The notes: generated by a model not told the origin, from the sequence alone. Shown: positions 19,458 through 29,399, counted from the first letter of the stretch. The stretch: 64,000 nucleotides of DNA from Nannocystis bainbridge (GCF_028368995.1 NZ_JAQNDL010000001.1:800001-864000), one strand, 5' to 3'. Numbers and translations are program-made.

Positions 19458-21808
19458 TCGAGGCGCAGCCCCAGCGACGGGAAGATCGGCAGCCCGAAGC
19501 CGCCGACCGTGTCGCGGAAATCATAGCTGTACACGTACATCTCGACGTTCTGATGGTTGTACACGTTGAGGATGTCGAGGTACGCGAGGAAGCTGACCCG
19601 CTTGTAGATCCAGCGCCGGTCGACGCGGATGTCGAGCTGATGGAAGGGCGGGAAGCGGGCCGAGTTCTGCAGCCCGCGGATCGGCAGGAAGCCGCCCTCG
19701 TACTCGAGCGAGCCGACCACTGGCGTGTACGGCTGGCCCGACACCAGACGGAACCGGCCGCCGATCTGCCAGCCGCGCCCCAGCTTGATCGACCCCACGA
19801 TCGTCAGGTTGTGCCGCTGGTCGAAGTCCCCCGGGCGGCGCCCGCCCGGATCGCCGTGCTGCTGCGCGAACAGCAGCTCGCTGTGCATCAGCGTGTACGC
19901 CAGCCAGCCGTACAGCCGGCGCGTCAGCGGCTTGCGCAGCAGCAGCTCGAGCCCGTACGTGCGCCCGTACGAGATCCGCGTGGCGAACCCGCCGAGGCTC
20001 ACCGGCGGCACCGCGTTGTCCTGATCGCGATAAAACCCCGTCGCGTCGATCGTCATGTCGGCCGGCAGGTCGTGCGACGCCCCTGCCGACAATTGCAGCG
20101 CCCGGATCACCCGCAGCGTGTTCTGCCCCGGCAGCACCGCGAACGCCGGCTCGAAGTTGGCGAAGTACGCCGGCAGCACCACCTGATTGGTCCCGATCTG
20201 CCCCGAGCTCGGCACGATGCGAGCGTCGACCCCGAACTCCGACTGCCGCGACTGCGAGTAGATGCCCGCGCCGAAGCGCAGGCGCCAGGCGTCGCTCACC
20301 TCCCACAGCCCGTTGATGCGCGGGTCGAGGGCGAACGCCCGCTCCGACCCGAGCGCGAACCCTGACGCGCGGAAGCCCGGCACCAGCAGCAGCGACCCGA
20401 GGCGCAGTCGCCCCGACGAGTACAGCCCGAGCCACGTCTGCTCGCCGCGCGCCGACTGCTCCGGCGGCGGCCAGCTGACCCCGTCGGGCACCTGGCCGCG
20501 GGCCCGGTAGTGATCGACGATCAGGTCCGCGCCGACGATCAGGTCGAACCGCTTCGACATCGAGCGCTGCAGCTCCGCCCGCAGCGACCCGACGTAGTCG
20601 CGGCGGAACTGCTCGCGCTCCTCGACCGGGATCAGCTGGCGGCCGACATCGAAGCGCAGCGCCGGCGACACCATCGTCGACCACGCCCCCATCTTCTTGC
20701 GATACGTGAAGTCGACGCGATGGAAGCTCGAGCGGTAGTCGACCGCGTCCTCGTAGCCGCCCTCCTTCTCGTAGTCGCGGAAGCGGAACCGGATGCGGTC
20801 GCCGGCCCCGAGCACGCGGGCCGAGATCGACGCCCCCTGCTTCAGCGGGAAGTCGACCATCGCCTGGTAATCGTAATAGGTCGGCAGCACCGTCCCGTTC
20901 GAGTCGGTGATCGACATGAACGCGCGCAGGCCCGCGTCCAGGTAGCCGCGCTGGGCCCCGACGATGAACGACCCGCGCTTCCCCAGCGGCCCCTCGACCA
21001 GCGCGCTCGCGGCTCGCAGGTCGACCCCGAGGTGCCCGTGGACCCCGTCGCGTCGCCCGCGGCGCGGCTCGATCACCACCATCCCGCCCGACGCGTTGCC
21101 GTAGCGGCTGTCGAAGTTGCCCGGCACGAAATCGAGGCGCTCGATCACATCACCCGGCACCACGCTCGCCAGCGCCAGCGCGTGGAACGCCCGCGGCACC
21201 GGGTGCTCGCCGACGAACACCCCCGACTGCAGCGGGCTCGCCCCGCGCAGCACCAGCAGCCCCAGCCCGCCCGGCGTGCGCGCCACCCCGGGCAGGTTCT
21301 GCAGCGCCCGCAGCGGATCGCCCTGGCTGCCGGGCATCGTCGCGATCTCCTCGCGCGACAGCGACCGCGCCCCCGCCTCGGGCCGCTTCTCCGTGGCGTC
21401 GCGGACCACCGTGCGATACGGGTTCCACTCGGTCGGCCGCGGGAACAGCTGCCGCTCCGTCGTCGCCCGCGCGAGGATCTCGAGCGTCTGCTCGAGCCGC
21501 TCGAACCCCGGCGTAGCGATCACCAGCCGCAGCTTCCCTGGCGGCAGGTCGACCGCGATCCGCCCCGCCGCGTCGGTCTCGACGATCGTCGTCTCGCCGC
21601 CGGCGCTCACCAGCACCACCCGCGCCTCGGCCAGCGCCGTGCGCAGCCCGGCCGCCCGCACCCGCGCCCGCAGCGTGCCGCAGTCGTCGCGCCCGGCGCA
21701 CGGCTCGCTGACCTGCGGCGGCGGCCGCGGCGGTGGGGCGGCATGCGCCTTCAGACATGCTCCAAAGTACATGACCAGAGCGACATGTCCCTGGCGCCAG
21801 CCGCTCAT
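19451..21808 (-). CDS. TonB-dependent outer-membrane receptor (myxobacterial type)
   Basis: CarboxypepD_reg-like N domain; plug motif MPGSQGDPLRALQNLPGV...LRG...FDSRYGNASGG; barrel end DQRHNL..LDIRVD..NVYN..PSLGLRLDY; ATGA overlap with upstream gene. Confidence 0.92.
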   Translation of the reverse strand: MSGWRQGHVALVMYFGACLKAHAAPPPRPPPQVSEPCAGRDDCGTLRARVRAAGLRTALAEARVVLVSAGGETTIVETDAAGRIAVDLPPGKLRLVIATPGFERLEQTLEILARATTERQLFPRPTEWNPYRTVVRDATEKRPEAGARSLSREEIATMPGSQGDPLRALQNLPGVARTPGGLGLLVLRGASPLQSGVFVGEHPVPRAFHALALASVVPGDVIERLDFVPGNFDSRYGNASGGMVVIEPRRGRRDGVHGHLGVDLRAASALVEGPLGKRGSFIVGAQRGYLDAGLRAFMSITDSNGTVLPTYYDYQAMVDFPLKQGASISARVLGAGDRIRFRFRDYEKEGGYEDAVDYRSSFHRVDFTYRKKMGAWSTMVSPALRFDVGRQLIPVEEREQFRRDYVGSLRAELQRSMSKRFDLIVGADLIVDHYRARGQVPDGVSWPPPEQSARGEQTWLGLYSSGRLRLGSLLLVPGFRASGFALGSERAFALDPRINGLWEVSDAWRLRFGAGIYSQSRQSEFGVDARIVPSSGQIGTNQVVLPAYFANFEPAFAVLPGQNTLRVIRALQLSAGASHDLPADMTIDATGFYRDQDNAVPPVSLGGFATRISYGRTYGLELLLRKPLTRRLYGWLAYTLMHSELLFAQQHGDPGGRRPGDFDQRHNLTIVGSIKLGRGWQIGGRFRLVSGQPYTPVVGSLEYEGGFLPIRGLQNSARFPPFHQLDIRVDRRWIYKRVSFLAYLDILNVYNHQNVEMYVYSYDFRDTVGGFGLPIFPSLGLRLDY
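21739..21790. repeat. 14-bp phased array inside the 5' end of the TonB-receptor CDS
   Basis: CATG at 21742, 21756, 21770, 21784. Confidence 0.85.
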
Positions 21809-22917
21809 CGCCCCGCGACCTCGACCCGCAGCCACGCCGTCGTGGCGCTGCGGCCGTCGGCGAGGATGACGTACAGGTGGTGCGTGCCCGGCTGCTCGGG
21901 CGCGCGCCACTCGACCTCGAAGCCCGGCCCGGCGGTCGCCTCGAACGGCGCCGGCACCGTCGCAAACCACGCCGCCCCGCGGATCTCGACGATCGGCGAC
22001 ACCGAGACCGCCAGCGTCGACTGGTCGACCGACACCGAGTAGTACGTCTGCGGCGGCGCCGCCTCGACCAGCGACAGCGTCAGCTCGTCACCTGTCCCAA
22101 CGGACAGGGTCGCCCCCGACTGCGCCTCGAGGAAGTACTCGCCGCCGCCCGGCGCCGGCACCCACGCCGCGAAGTGGGCGATCGCCGGCGCCACGTCCGG
22201 CTCGACCTGGCTGATCTGCCACGGCAGGTCCGACGGCCCCACCGGCGAGGTCGCCCCCATCGCCGCCCCCGCCACCACCGTGCGCCAAGTCGGCCCGATC
22301 CGCAGCGTGCGGACGAAGAACAGGCAGTCGCGCAGCGACGACGACGCGGTCGCCAGCGCGTCGGCGCGGCGCAGGCACTCCTGCGTGCTCGGCCCCTCGG
22401 GCGTGCCCGCCACCATCATCACGATCACGCCGATGCTGGCCGCGTCGACCACGTCGCGCAGCGGCCCGAGCTCGAACGTCGCCGCCGGCCCCGGATCCAG
22501 CGCGCAGGTGTCGAGGTTCGGCAGCGCGACCGGGCCGCACGGCAGCGCCTCCGTAAGGTCGACCACCTGGCCGCCGGTGCAGCCGATCCCGCCGCACACG
22601 AACCATCGCGGCTGCAGCGCCGCGACATCGACCGGCCCCTCGGGCCCGGCCACGAACGCGGTGGCCCGCACGCGGTCGCCGGGCATCGCCTCGACCACGG
22701 GGCCGCCGCCGGGCGGCGGGTCCGCGCCCCACGGCCCCGGCTCGATCACCTCGAAGCGCATCGCCAGCGCGTCGGTGTGATCGATCACCCAATACGGGCG
22801 CTCCTCGGGCAAGCAGCTCGCGCCCGCCAGCGCCGCCGCGACCATCACCAGGCTCGCGCCGATCGGCGCCGCGGCGCCCTCGCGGGCCCGGGAGCGCAGC
22901 CATGCGCGGAGCGGCAC
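21805..22917 (-). CDS. Lipoprotein co-transcribed with the TonB-dependent receptor
   Basis: Lipobox AGASC; Cys pairs; C-terminal WRAPEQPG..LYVILADGR; TAGGCT 6 nt upstream of GTG 22917. Confidence 0.82.
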   Translation of the reverse strand: MPLRAWLRSRAREGAAAPIGASLVMVAAALAGASCLPEERPYWVIDHTDALAMRFEVIEPGPWGADPPPGGGPVVEAMPGDRVRATAFVAGPEGPVDVAALQPRWFVCGGIGCTGGQVVDLTEALPCGPVALPNLDTCALDPGPAATFELGPLRDVVDAASIGVIVMMVAGTPEGPSTQECLRRADALATASSSLRDCLFFVRTLRIGPTWRTVVAGAAMGATSPVGPSDLPWQISQVEPDVAPAIAHFAAWVPAPGGGEYFLEAQSGATLSVGTGDELTLSLVEAAPPQTYYSVSVDQSTLAVSVSPIVEIRGAAWFATVPAPFEATAGPGFEVEWRAPEQPGTHHLYVILADGRSATTAWLRVEVAGR

Positions 22918-22983
22918 CGGGGGAGCCTAACCGCTCAGATTCTCGTTGTCGACCGCGCCCGCCTCCGCGATCCTCCGGCCCGC

Positions 22984-24045
22984 ATGGTCTCCTTGCACGA
23001 GACACTCCACCGGCCCTGGTTGACCGAGCTCTTGCGCAGCTGGCACGAGTTCAACAAGCGGCACCTCGGCGGCGCCCTCAAGCCGCCGGTGCTGCAGATC
23101 GATCTCTCGACCGCGCGCCTCGGTCACTGGCAGCGCGAGACGCGGACGCTCGGCCTGGCCCACGAGCACCTGCTGTCGCATCGATGGGACGACGTCCTCG
23201 ACACCCTCAAGCACGAGATGGCCCACCAGTACGTCGACGAGGTCCTCGGCGGCGACGTGCGCCCGCACGGCCCGCAGTTCGCCCGCGCCTGCGCCTTGCT
23301 CGAGATCCGGCCCGACGCCACCGGCAATCCGCGCGCCAGCGACGACCCGGCCGCGCGCGTGCTCAAGCGCGTGCAGAAGCTGCTCGCGCTGGCCACCAGC
23401 GCCAACCGCCACGAGGCCGAGGCGGCCATGGCCGCCGCCAACACCTTGCTGCTGCGCTACAACCTCGACCTGCCGCAGGACGGCCCGCCGCGCGACTACG
23501 AGGCGCGCCGCCTCGGCGACAGCGCCGCCGCGATCGGCCTCGAGGCCAAGCTCGTCAGCTCGATCCTCAGCGAGTTCTTCTTCGTCGAGTGCATCTGGGT
23601 CACCACCTACAACGCCCGCCGGCTCCGGACCGAGCGCGTGCTCGAGGTCCTCGGCACCGCCGAGAACCTCGAGATGGCCGCCTACGTCCACGACTTCCTG
23701 CACGCTTCCACCAAGCGCCTGTGGCAGCAGGCCAAGCAGGACATGGGCCTGCCCGCCAACCGCCGCCGGGAGTTCAGCGCCGGCCTCCTCACCGGCTTCC
23801 GCGACAAGCTCCGCGGCGAGCGCCAGCGCAACGAAGAGCAGGGCCTCGTGTGGCTCGGCGACGTCGACCTCGACCGTTACCTCCGCGGCCGCCACCCGTA
23901 CATCCGCAGCATGGGCTCCTCCGCCGTCCAGCGCGGCCGGGCCCACGCGGCTGGCCGCGCCGCCGGCGAGGGCCTCACGCTGCACAAGCCGGTCCGCGAG
24001 CACGCCAGCCGCGGCCTCGCCCTCCCGCGCGGCCGCGACGACTGA
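22984..24045 (+). CDS. SprT-like zinc metalloprotease domain + DUF2786 protein
   Basis: TLKHEMAHQYV (HExxH) and PHGPQF; RVQKLLALATSANRHEAEAA (DUF2786 signature). Confidence 0.88.
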   Translation: MVSLHETLHRPWLTELLRSWHEFNKRHLGGALKPPVLQIDLSTARLGHWQRETRTLGLAHEHLLSHRWDDVLDTLKHEMAHQYVDEVLGGDVRPHGPQFARACALLEIRPDATGNPRASDDPAARVLKRVQKLLALATSANRHEAEAAMAAANTLLLRYNLDLPQDGPPRDYEARRLGDSAAAIGLEAKLVSSILSEFFFVECIWVTTYNARRLRTERVLEVLGTAENLEMAAYVHDFLHASTKRLWQQAKQDMGLPANRRREFSAGLLTGFRDKLRGERQRNEEQGLVWLGDVDLDRYLRGRHPYIRSMGSSAVQRGRAHAAGRAAGEGLTLHKPVREHASRGLALPRGRDD

Positions 24046-24055
24046 CCGACCCTTG

Positions 24056-24121
24056 GGACATGTCCTCTCGACCATGCCCTGAAGGGCATGTCCCATCGAG
24101 CATATCCCAAAGCCCATGTCG
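24056..24121. repeat. 14-bp phased RRRCATGYYY array
   Basis: CATG 24059, 24073, 24087; CATA 24101; CATG 24115. Confidence 0.9.
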
Positions 24122-24310
24122 CAAATGGGGCCACGCCGGGCCGCGCTCACCTGCCACCGCTTCGCACACGGCGGCGCGCCCCGACAGCCTCGCCCCGTCA
24201 GTGACAGCGATGTCGCGGCGGCCCCGGCCCGATCCGCGCATTTGGGCCCGAACGGCCGCTGGAGGCCCTCAGACCGCCTTGGCACGCCTCCTGCTTTGTC
24301 CCCTCGCATC

Positions 24311-25366
24311 ATGCTCAGCCCGCGGATCGTCCTCAGCCTCGCCCTCCTGCCCGCCCTCGCCCTCGCGCCTGCGTGCGACGACAAGCAGGGCCCCAGCACC
24401 GGCGACGTGACCGACGACACCACCACCGACGGCCAGAGCAGCACCGCCGACGTCCCCGACGGCCCGCCCGAGCCCGACACCACCGAGGGCGAGGGCGCCA
24501 CCAGCAGCCCCGAAGTCCCCGAGGGCACCGACAGCGAGAGCGAGAGCGAGGGCGAGAGCGAGGGCGAGGACCAGCCCGAGCCGCCCCCGCCGGCGCCGCG
24601 CCCCCAGGCCGTCCAGCCCTGTGACGGCTGGGAGTGGCCGCATCAGCGCGAGTGCGACACCGAGGACGGCCAGATCGGCGTCCAGGTCTGCTTCGTCCAC
24701 GAGGGCCAGGAGCACTACACCGAGTGCGACAGCGACGAGCTGCCCGCCTGCCTCCCGGAAGACGGCTGGGACCTGGGCTGCATGGGTGAGTTCTGCGCCT
24801 TCGACGGCGCCGAGCTGTACCTCTACTCGTGGGCCGAGGACCGCTGCGACACCCCGCTCGTCCTCAACTTCGACGGCGCCCCGCTGCGCTTCGACGCCGC
24901 CTCCGCCGCCTCGTTCGACATCTCCGGCGTCGGCCAGTGCCTGAGCACCGACTGGCCGACCCTCCCGTGGCTCGCGCTCGACCGCGACCGCGACGGCGCG
25001 ATCGACAGCGGCCGCGAGCTGTTCGGCAGCGGCACCGTGCTGCGCAGCGGTCGTCGGGCCGGCCACGGCTTCGAGGCGCTGGCCGAGCACGACCTCAACC
25101 GCGACGGCAAAATCGACGCCGCCGACCCCGTGTTCGCCGAGCTCGTGCTCTGGTCCGACGGCGACGGCGATCGCCGCGGCGAGCTGTCCGAGCTGGTGCC
25201 CGTCGCCCACGTCGATCTCGTCGCCATCCACCTCGACGTGGCAGTGCGCGCCGAGTGCGACGACCGCGGCAACTGCGGCCGCGAGCGCGCCCGCTTCGAG
25301 TACAGAAACCTCGCCGGCGAGGTCCAGAGCGGCGAAGTCGTCGACGTCTACCTCGCCTGCCAGTGA
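24311..25366 (+). CDS. Calcium-binding lipoprotein (RTX-associated PLVLD-type Ca-binding domain)
   Basis: Lipobox APAC; acidic linker; TPLVLNFDG, LALDRDRDGAIDSGRELFG, GFEALAEHDLNRDGKIDAAD, LWSDGDGD. Confidence 0.85.
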   Translation: MLSPRIVLSLALLPALALAPACDDKQGPSTGDVTDDTTTDGQSSTADVPDGPPEPDTTEGEGATSSPEVPEGTDSESESEGESEGEDQPEPPPPAPRPQAVQPCDGWEWPHQRECDTEDGQIGVQVCFVHEGQEHYTECDSDELPACLPEDGWDLGCMGEFCAFDGAELYLYSWAEDRCDTPLVLNFDGAPLRFDAASAASFDISGVGQCLSTDWPTLPWLALDRDRDGAIDSGRELFGSGTVLRSGRRAGHGFEALAEHDLNRDGKIDAADPVFAELVLWSDGDGDRRGELSELVPVAHVDLVAIHLDVAVRAECDDRGNCGRERARFEYRNLAGEVQSGEVVDVYLACQ

Positions 25367-25515
25367 GCCTCCGCCCTCGTCCTCCATCAACCCCCCGCGC
25401 GCGGTCGCCTCTACAGGCGGTCGCGCGCGGTCCTTCGTGCTCCTGCCGCCGCTCCGGTCGGCGCCCCTTCACGCGGCGCTTGCCCTCCCCGGCGCCCCCG
25501 CGGCATGTTTCGCCC

Positions 25516-26679
25516 GTGTTCTCGCGCCGCACCGCCTGGCCGCCCGTCGACGACGCCCCGCTCGTCGCGCCGCCCGGCGCCCTCGACCTCACCGTCTCCA
25601 ACCCCACCGCCGTCGGCCTCTCGCACCCACCCGACTTTTGGGCCAGCCTCGGCGATCCCGGCAGCGCCGCCTACGACCCCGACCCGCTCGGCCTCCTGCA
25701 GGCGCGCGCCGCCGTCGCTGACTACTACCGCGCCCGCGCCCCCGGCCTCGCCCTCGACCTCGCCGACATCTGCCTGCTCGCCGGCACCAGCGAGGCCTAC
25801 GCCCACCTCCTCGCCGTGCTCTGCGACCCCGGCGACGTCGTCCTCGTGCCCCAGCCCGGCTACCCGCTGCTGCCGATGATCGCCGACCTCGCCCACGTCG
25901 AGCTGCGGCCCTATCCGCTCCTGTACGACGGGACATGGTCGATCGACCAGGCCGCCCTCGCCGCCGCCGTCTGCCCGCGGACCCGCGCGATCGTCCTCGT
26001 CGCCCCCAACAACCCCACCGGCAACTACCTCGCCGCCGACGAGCTCGCAGCCGTCGACGCCCTCGCCGCCGCTCACGGCCTCGGCGTGCTCGTCGACGAG
26101 GTCTTCTTCGACTATCCCATCGGACATGTCCCCGGGGCCAGCCCCCTCGACGCCCCGCGCCAGGCCCTCACCTTCGTGCTCTCCGGCCTGTCGAAGGTCG
26201 CCGCCCTGCCGCAGCTCAAGCTCGCCTGGGCCGTCGCCCGCGGCCCGCAGGCGCTCGTGCGCGAGGCCATGCGCCGGCTCGAGCTCGTCGCCGACACCTA
26301 CCTCAGCCTCGCCACTCCGGTGCAGCGGGCGGCCGCTACCCTCCTCGCCGCCGCCCCGGCCATGCAGGCGGCGATCTGCCGGCGCGTCCGCGCCAACCTC
26401 GACCGCCTGCGTCGCGCCTGCATCGGCACCGCGCTCGGCGTCCTCGACGTCGAGGCCGGCTGGACCGCGCTCGTCCGCATGCCGCACGTGCTCGACGACG
26501 GCGGCCACGGCTGGGCCCGCGAGCTCGCGCGCGTCGGCGTGCTCACCCAGCCCGGCGAGCTCTACGAGCTGCCCCCCGCCCACCTCGCGCTGTCCCTCAT
26601 CACCCCCGAGCCCGACTTCGCCGACGGCCTCGAACGCATCACGGAGCATGTCGCGCACGTGCTAGCCTCCGCCCCATGA
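25516..26679 (+). CDS. PLP-dependent aminotransferase class I/II
   Basis: DLTVSNPT, GTSEAY, PQPGYP, PNNPTG, DEVF, SGLSK (PLP Lys). Confidence 0.92.
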   Translation: MFSRRTAWPPVDDAPLVAPPGALDLTVSNPTAVGLSHPPDFWASLGDPGSAAYDPDPLGLLQARAAVADYYRARAPGLALDLADICLLAGTSEAYAHLLAVLCDPGDVVLVPQPGYPLLPMIADLAHVELRPYPLLYDGTWSIDQAALAAAVCPRTRAIVLVAPNNPTGNYLAADELAAVDALAAAHGLGVLVDEVFFDYPIGHVPGASPLDAPRQALTFVLSGLSKVAALPQLKLAWAVARGPQALVREAMRRLELVADTYLSLATPVQRAAATLLAAAPAMQAAICRRVRANLDRLRRACIGTALGVLDVEAGWTALVRMPHVLDDGGHGWARELARVGVLTQPGELYELPPAHLALSLITPEPDFADGLERITEHVAHVLASAP

Positions 26680-27326
26680 TCTCGCTGATCGGCCCCGACC
26701 TCGCCGCCTACGTCGACGCCCATACCACCGCCGAGTCGCCGCTGTTCGCCCGCCTGCGCGCCGAGACCCAGGCCGACCTCGCCTCGCCGCAGATGCAGGT
26801 CGGCCACGTCGAGGGCGCCCTCCTGCGGATCCTCGTCGCCGTCAGCCGCGCCCGCGACGTGCTCGAGATCGGCACCTTCAGCGGCTACTCCGGCCTCGCC
26901 ATGGCCAGCGCCCTGCCCGACGACGGCAAGCTCGTCACCTGCGACATCGACCCCGTCGCCACCGCCGTCGCCCGCCGTTACTTCGCCGAGTCCGGCCACG
27001 GCCACAAGATCGACCTCCGCCTCGCGCCCGCGCTCGACACCATCGCCGCGCTCGCCCGCGAAGGCCGCCGCTTCGACCTCGTCTTCATCGACGCCGACAA
27101 GCACAACTACATCAACTACTGGGACGCCGTGCTCCCGCTGGTCCCCGTCGGCGGCCTCGTCGTCGCCGACAACACCCTGTGGAGCGGCAAGGTCGTCGCC
27201 CCCAAGGAAGACAGCGACCACGCCATCGTCGCCTTCAACCGCCACGTCGCCGCCGACCTGCGCGTCGAGCACGTCCTCCTGTCCGTGCGCGACGGCGTCA
27301 TGCTCGCCCGCAAGCTGCGCGATTAG
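26676..27326 (+). CDS. SAM-dependent O-methyltransferase (caffeoyl-CoA OMT-like family)
   Basis: VLEIGTFSGYS, FDLVFIDADK, ADNTLWSG, RDG; ATGA overlap with the aminotransferase. Confidence 0.93.
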   Translation: MISLIGPDLAAYVDAHTTAESPLFARLRAETQADLASPQMQVGHVEGALLRILVAVSRARDVLEIGTFSGYSGLAMASALPDDGKLVTCDIDPVATAVARRYFAESGHGHKIDLRLAPALDTIAALAREGRRFDLVFIDADKHNYINYWDAVLPLVPVGGLVVADNTLWSGKVVAPKEDSDHAIVAFNRHVAADLRVEHVLLSVRDGVMLARKLRD

Positions 27327-27366
27327 ACATGTCCCTCGGGACATCCCCCGCCCTTCGGACATGTCC
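27325..27366. repeat. RRRCATGYYY cluster after the OMT stop
   Basis: AGACATGTCC (CATG 27328), CATC 27342, GGACATGTCC (CATG 27360). Confidence 0.75.
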
Positions 27367-27466
27367 CAAACACCCGCCGATGTCCGCGGCCTCCTCCGCC
27401 GTTCGGCCAGGTCCCAACCCCGGCCGAGCCCCGCCCCTCTCTCGCTCCTGACCTGACTTGAAAGCC

Positions 27467-28321
27467 ATGTCCCAAGCGCCCTCTTCATGGTTCTCCGCCG
27501 ACCCGGGCAAGGCCTGGACCGAGCGGTTCATCCTGCTCTACAGCCCGATCTGGATCGCCCTCGTCGGCTGGGCCCTGCTCAGCCGGGCCGTGCTCGCCTG
27601 GGACGACCTCACCTTCATGGGCTTCGGCCTGCTCGTCGGCGCCCCGCCGGTGCTGGTGCCCGCGCTGCTGCACCGCCGCCACCCGGCCCTGCGCGCGACC
27701 CCGTGGTACGACAGCTACTGGTTCAAGTTCAACGCCTGGATCTTCCTGTTCGTCTTCGTCGGCACGTACTTCCTGACCCACTACTTCTTCGACGTCCTCG
27801 GCATGCGCTACGCCTTCCCGACCCAGTGGAACGGCGGCGCCGCGCTGGTCGGCCGCTCGCGCGGCGAGATCCCGCTGTTCATGTACCCGCTGACGCAGGC
27901 CTACTTCGTGACCTACCACGTGGTCATGTTGGTCTGCATCCGCCGCGTCCGCGGCCTGCTCGGCCTCGCCGAACCTGGCGCCGAGGACATGTCCCCGAGA
28001 TCGACCCGGTTCGTGCGCCGGCTCGCCCTCGCCTGCGTCGTGGTCGGCCTCGCCTACGCCGTCTCGTTCGCCGAGACCTGGTTCATGGCCAGCGACGCCA
28101 TCAGCGAATACTTCCGCTACGCCGACAAGGCGCGCATGCTCAAGTACGGCTCGCTGTTCTACGCCTGCTACTTCCTCGTCAGCCTGCCGCTGCTGGAGCG
28201 CCTCGACCCCGCGGGCAAGCGCACCCCGCTCGGCCAGGCCGTGCTCTCGAGCCTCGCCGCCGGCATGCTCGTGTTCTTCATCCTCGACCTGCTCACCTGG
28301 GTCATCGGCCCGATCGTCTAG
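27467..28321 (+). CDS. CPI1: Cyclopropylsterol (cycloeucalenol) cycloisomerase homolog
   Basis: Colinear with plant CPI1 as I recall it: W..DP.K.W.E.F.L.YSP.W, YWFKFNAWI, GTYFLTHYFFDVLG, YHV, AETW, GSLFYACYF.VS.P, MLV..ILDL....GPIV. Confidence 0.88.
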   Translation: MSQAPSSWFSADPGKAWTERFILLYSPIWIALVGWALLSRAVLAWDDLTFMGFGLLVGAPPVLVPALLHRRHPALRATPWYDSYWFKFNAWIFLFVFVGTYFLTHYFFDVLGMRYAFPTQWNGGAALVGRSRGEIPLFMYPLTQAYFVTYHVVMLVCIRRVRGLLGLAEPGAEDMSPRSTRFVRRLALACVVVGLAYAVSFAETWFMASDAISEYFRYADKARMLKYGSLFYACYFLVSLPLLERLDPAGKRTPLGQAVLSSLAAGMLVFFILDLLTWVIGPIV

Positions 28322-28325
28322 CCGC

Positions 28326-28724
28326 ATGCGCCCGCCGACCCCCGACCCCCAGCTCGCCGACCTGTGGCTCGTGCTCGACGACGTGCACCCGGCCCTGCGC
28401 CAGCGCGGCCTCGACCCGGCCTCGCGCTGGCCGGTCCCCGCCGGCATTCGGCTGACGATCGGCCAGCGCCCCGCCGATCACATCCAGCTGCCGCTCACCC
28501 GCCAGGCCCTGCTCGGCGGCCAGACCGCCTACGTGTTCGTGCGCCGCGACGACGGCCGCGTCGAGGTCCAGCACACCGGCCACATCGGCCACTTCCGCCT
28601 CGGCGGCCGCGTCTTCAACAACACCGTGCAACCGCCGCCGGCCCTGGCCCCCGGCGAGGCCGTCGACCTGCTCACCGTCGACGGCGAGCTCGGCCTGCGC
28701 CTGCGCCTCCAGGCCGGCTCCTGA
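28326..28724 (+). CDS. Hypothetical protein, FHA-like beta fold
   Basis: LTIGQRP..HIQLP, VEVQHTG...FRLGG, LAPGEAVDL pattern resembles a degenerate FHA; 4 bp after the CPI1 homolog. Confidence 0.6.
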   Translation: MRPPTPDPQLADLWLVLDDVHPALRQRGLDPASRWPVPAGIRLTIGQRPADHIQLPLTRQALLGGQTAYVFVRRDDGRVEVQHTGHIGHFRLGGRVFNNTVQPPPALAPGEAVDLLTVDGELGLRLRLQAGS

Positions 28725-28735
28725 CCGGTATCGAG

Positions 28736-28801
28736 GGACATGCTCCGAGGGACATGTTCGATGGGACCTATCCTTACGAACATTCCCCGAGGGACATGTC
28801 C
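28736..28801. repeat. 14-bp phased array
   Basis: CATG 28739, 28753; CCTA 28767; CATT 28781; CATG 28795. Confidence 0.85.
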
Positions 28802-28813
28802 CAAACCGTCGCC

Positions 28814-29359
28814 ATGAAGCTGCGCCCCCTCCGCTGGCCCGCCGACGCCGACGCGCTGCGCGATCTGCCCGCCGCCTACAGCACCTCGGCCATCTTCGTG
28901 CCGGAGGTCGACGGCCTCGGCGTGCGCCTGCGAGAGACCCGGCTGCGCGTCCCCTTCGCCAAGACCTACCCCGCCGAGACCCTGCTCGAAGCCGCCGCGA
29001 CCGCCTCCTTCGCCGTGGTCGCCGAAGCGGCGGCCGGCGGGCTCGCTGGATTCACGGCGGTCCAGCTGCGGCCGTGGAACCGCAGCGCCGAGCTGAGCGC
29101 CCTCTTCGTCGCGCCCGACAGTCGCGGCCAGGGTCTCGGCAGGGCTCTCATGCTCGCCGCCATCGAGTTCGCCCGCGGCGAGCGCGTGCGGTGCCTGACC
29201 CTCGAGACGCAGTGCACCAACGCCCCCGCGATCCGGTTCTATCAGCGCGCCGGCTTCCAATTCTGCGGCGTGCACACCGCCCTGTACGACCCCGCCACGG
29301 TCGCGCCCGAGGAGGCCGCCGTGTTCTTCACGTACCCGCTCGACGCCGTGGGCGGCTGA
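28814..29359 (+). CDS. GNAT acetyltransferase, streptothricin/nourseothricin (Sat/Nat)-like
   Basis: WNR...LFVAPDSRGQGLGRALM, LETQCTNAPAIRFYQRAGF.FCG..TALYD...E.AVF. Confidence 0.85.
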   Translation: MKLRPLRWPADADALRDLPAAYSTSAIFVPEVDGLGVRLRETRLRVPFAKTYPAETLLEAAATASFAVVAEAAAGGLAGFTAVQLRPWNRSAELSALFVAPDSRGQGLGRALMLAAIEFARGERVRCLTLETQCTNAPAIRFYQRAGFQFCGVHTALYDPATVAPEEAAVFFTYPLDAVGG

Positions 29360-29399
29360 TTCCCGCCCCGCCCACGAGCTCCTCGCGCCCGGCTCGGCT

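Noticed and set aside
25516-29359. Aminotransferase + O-methyltransferase + GNAT as a secondary-metabolite cluster
   Set aside because: No scaffold-forming enzyme (NRPS, PKS, RiPP, terpene) nearby, and arrays/gaps separate the genes.
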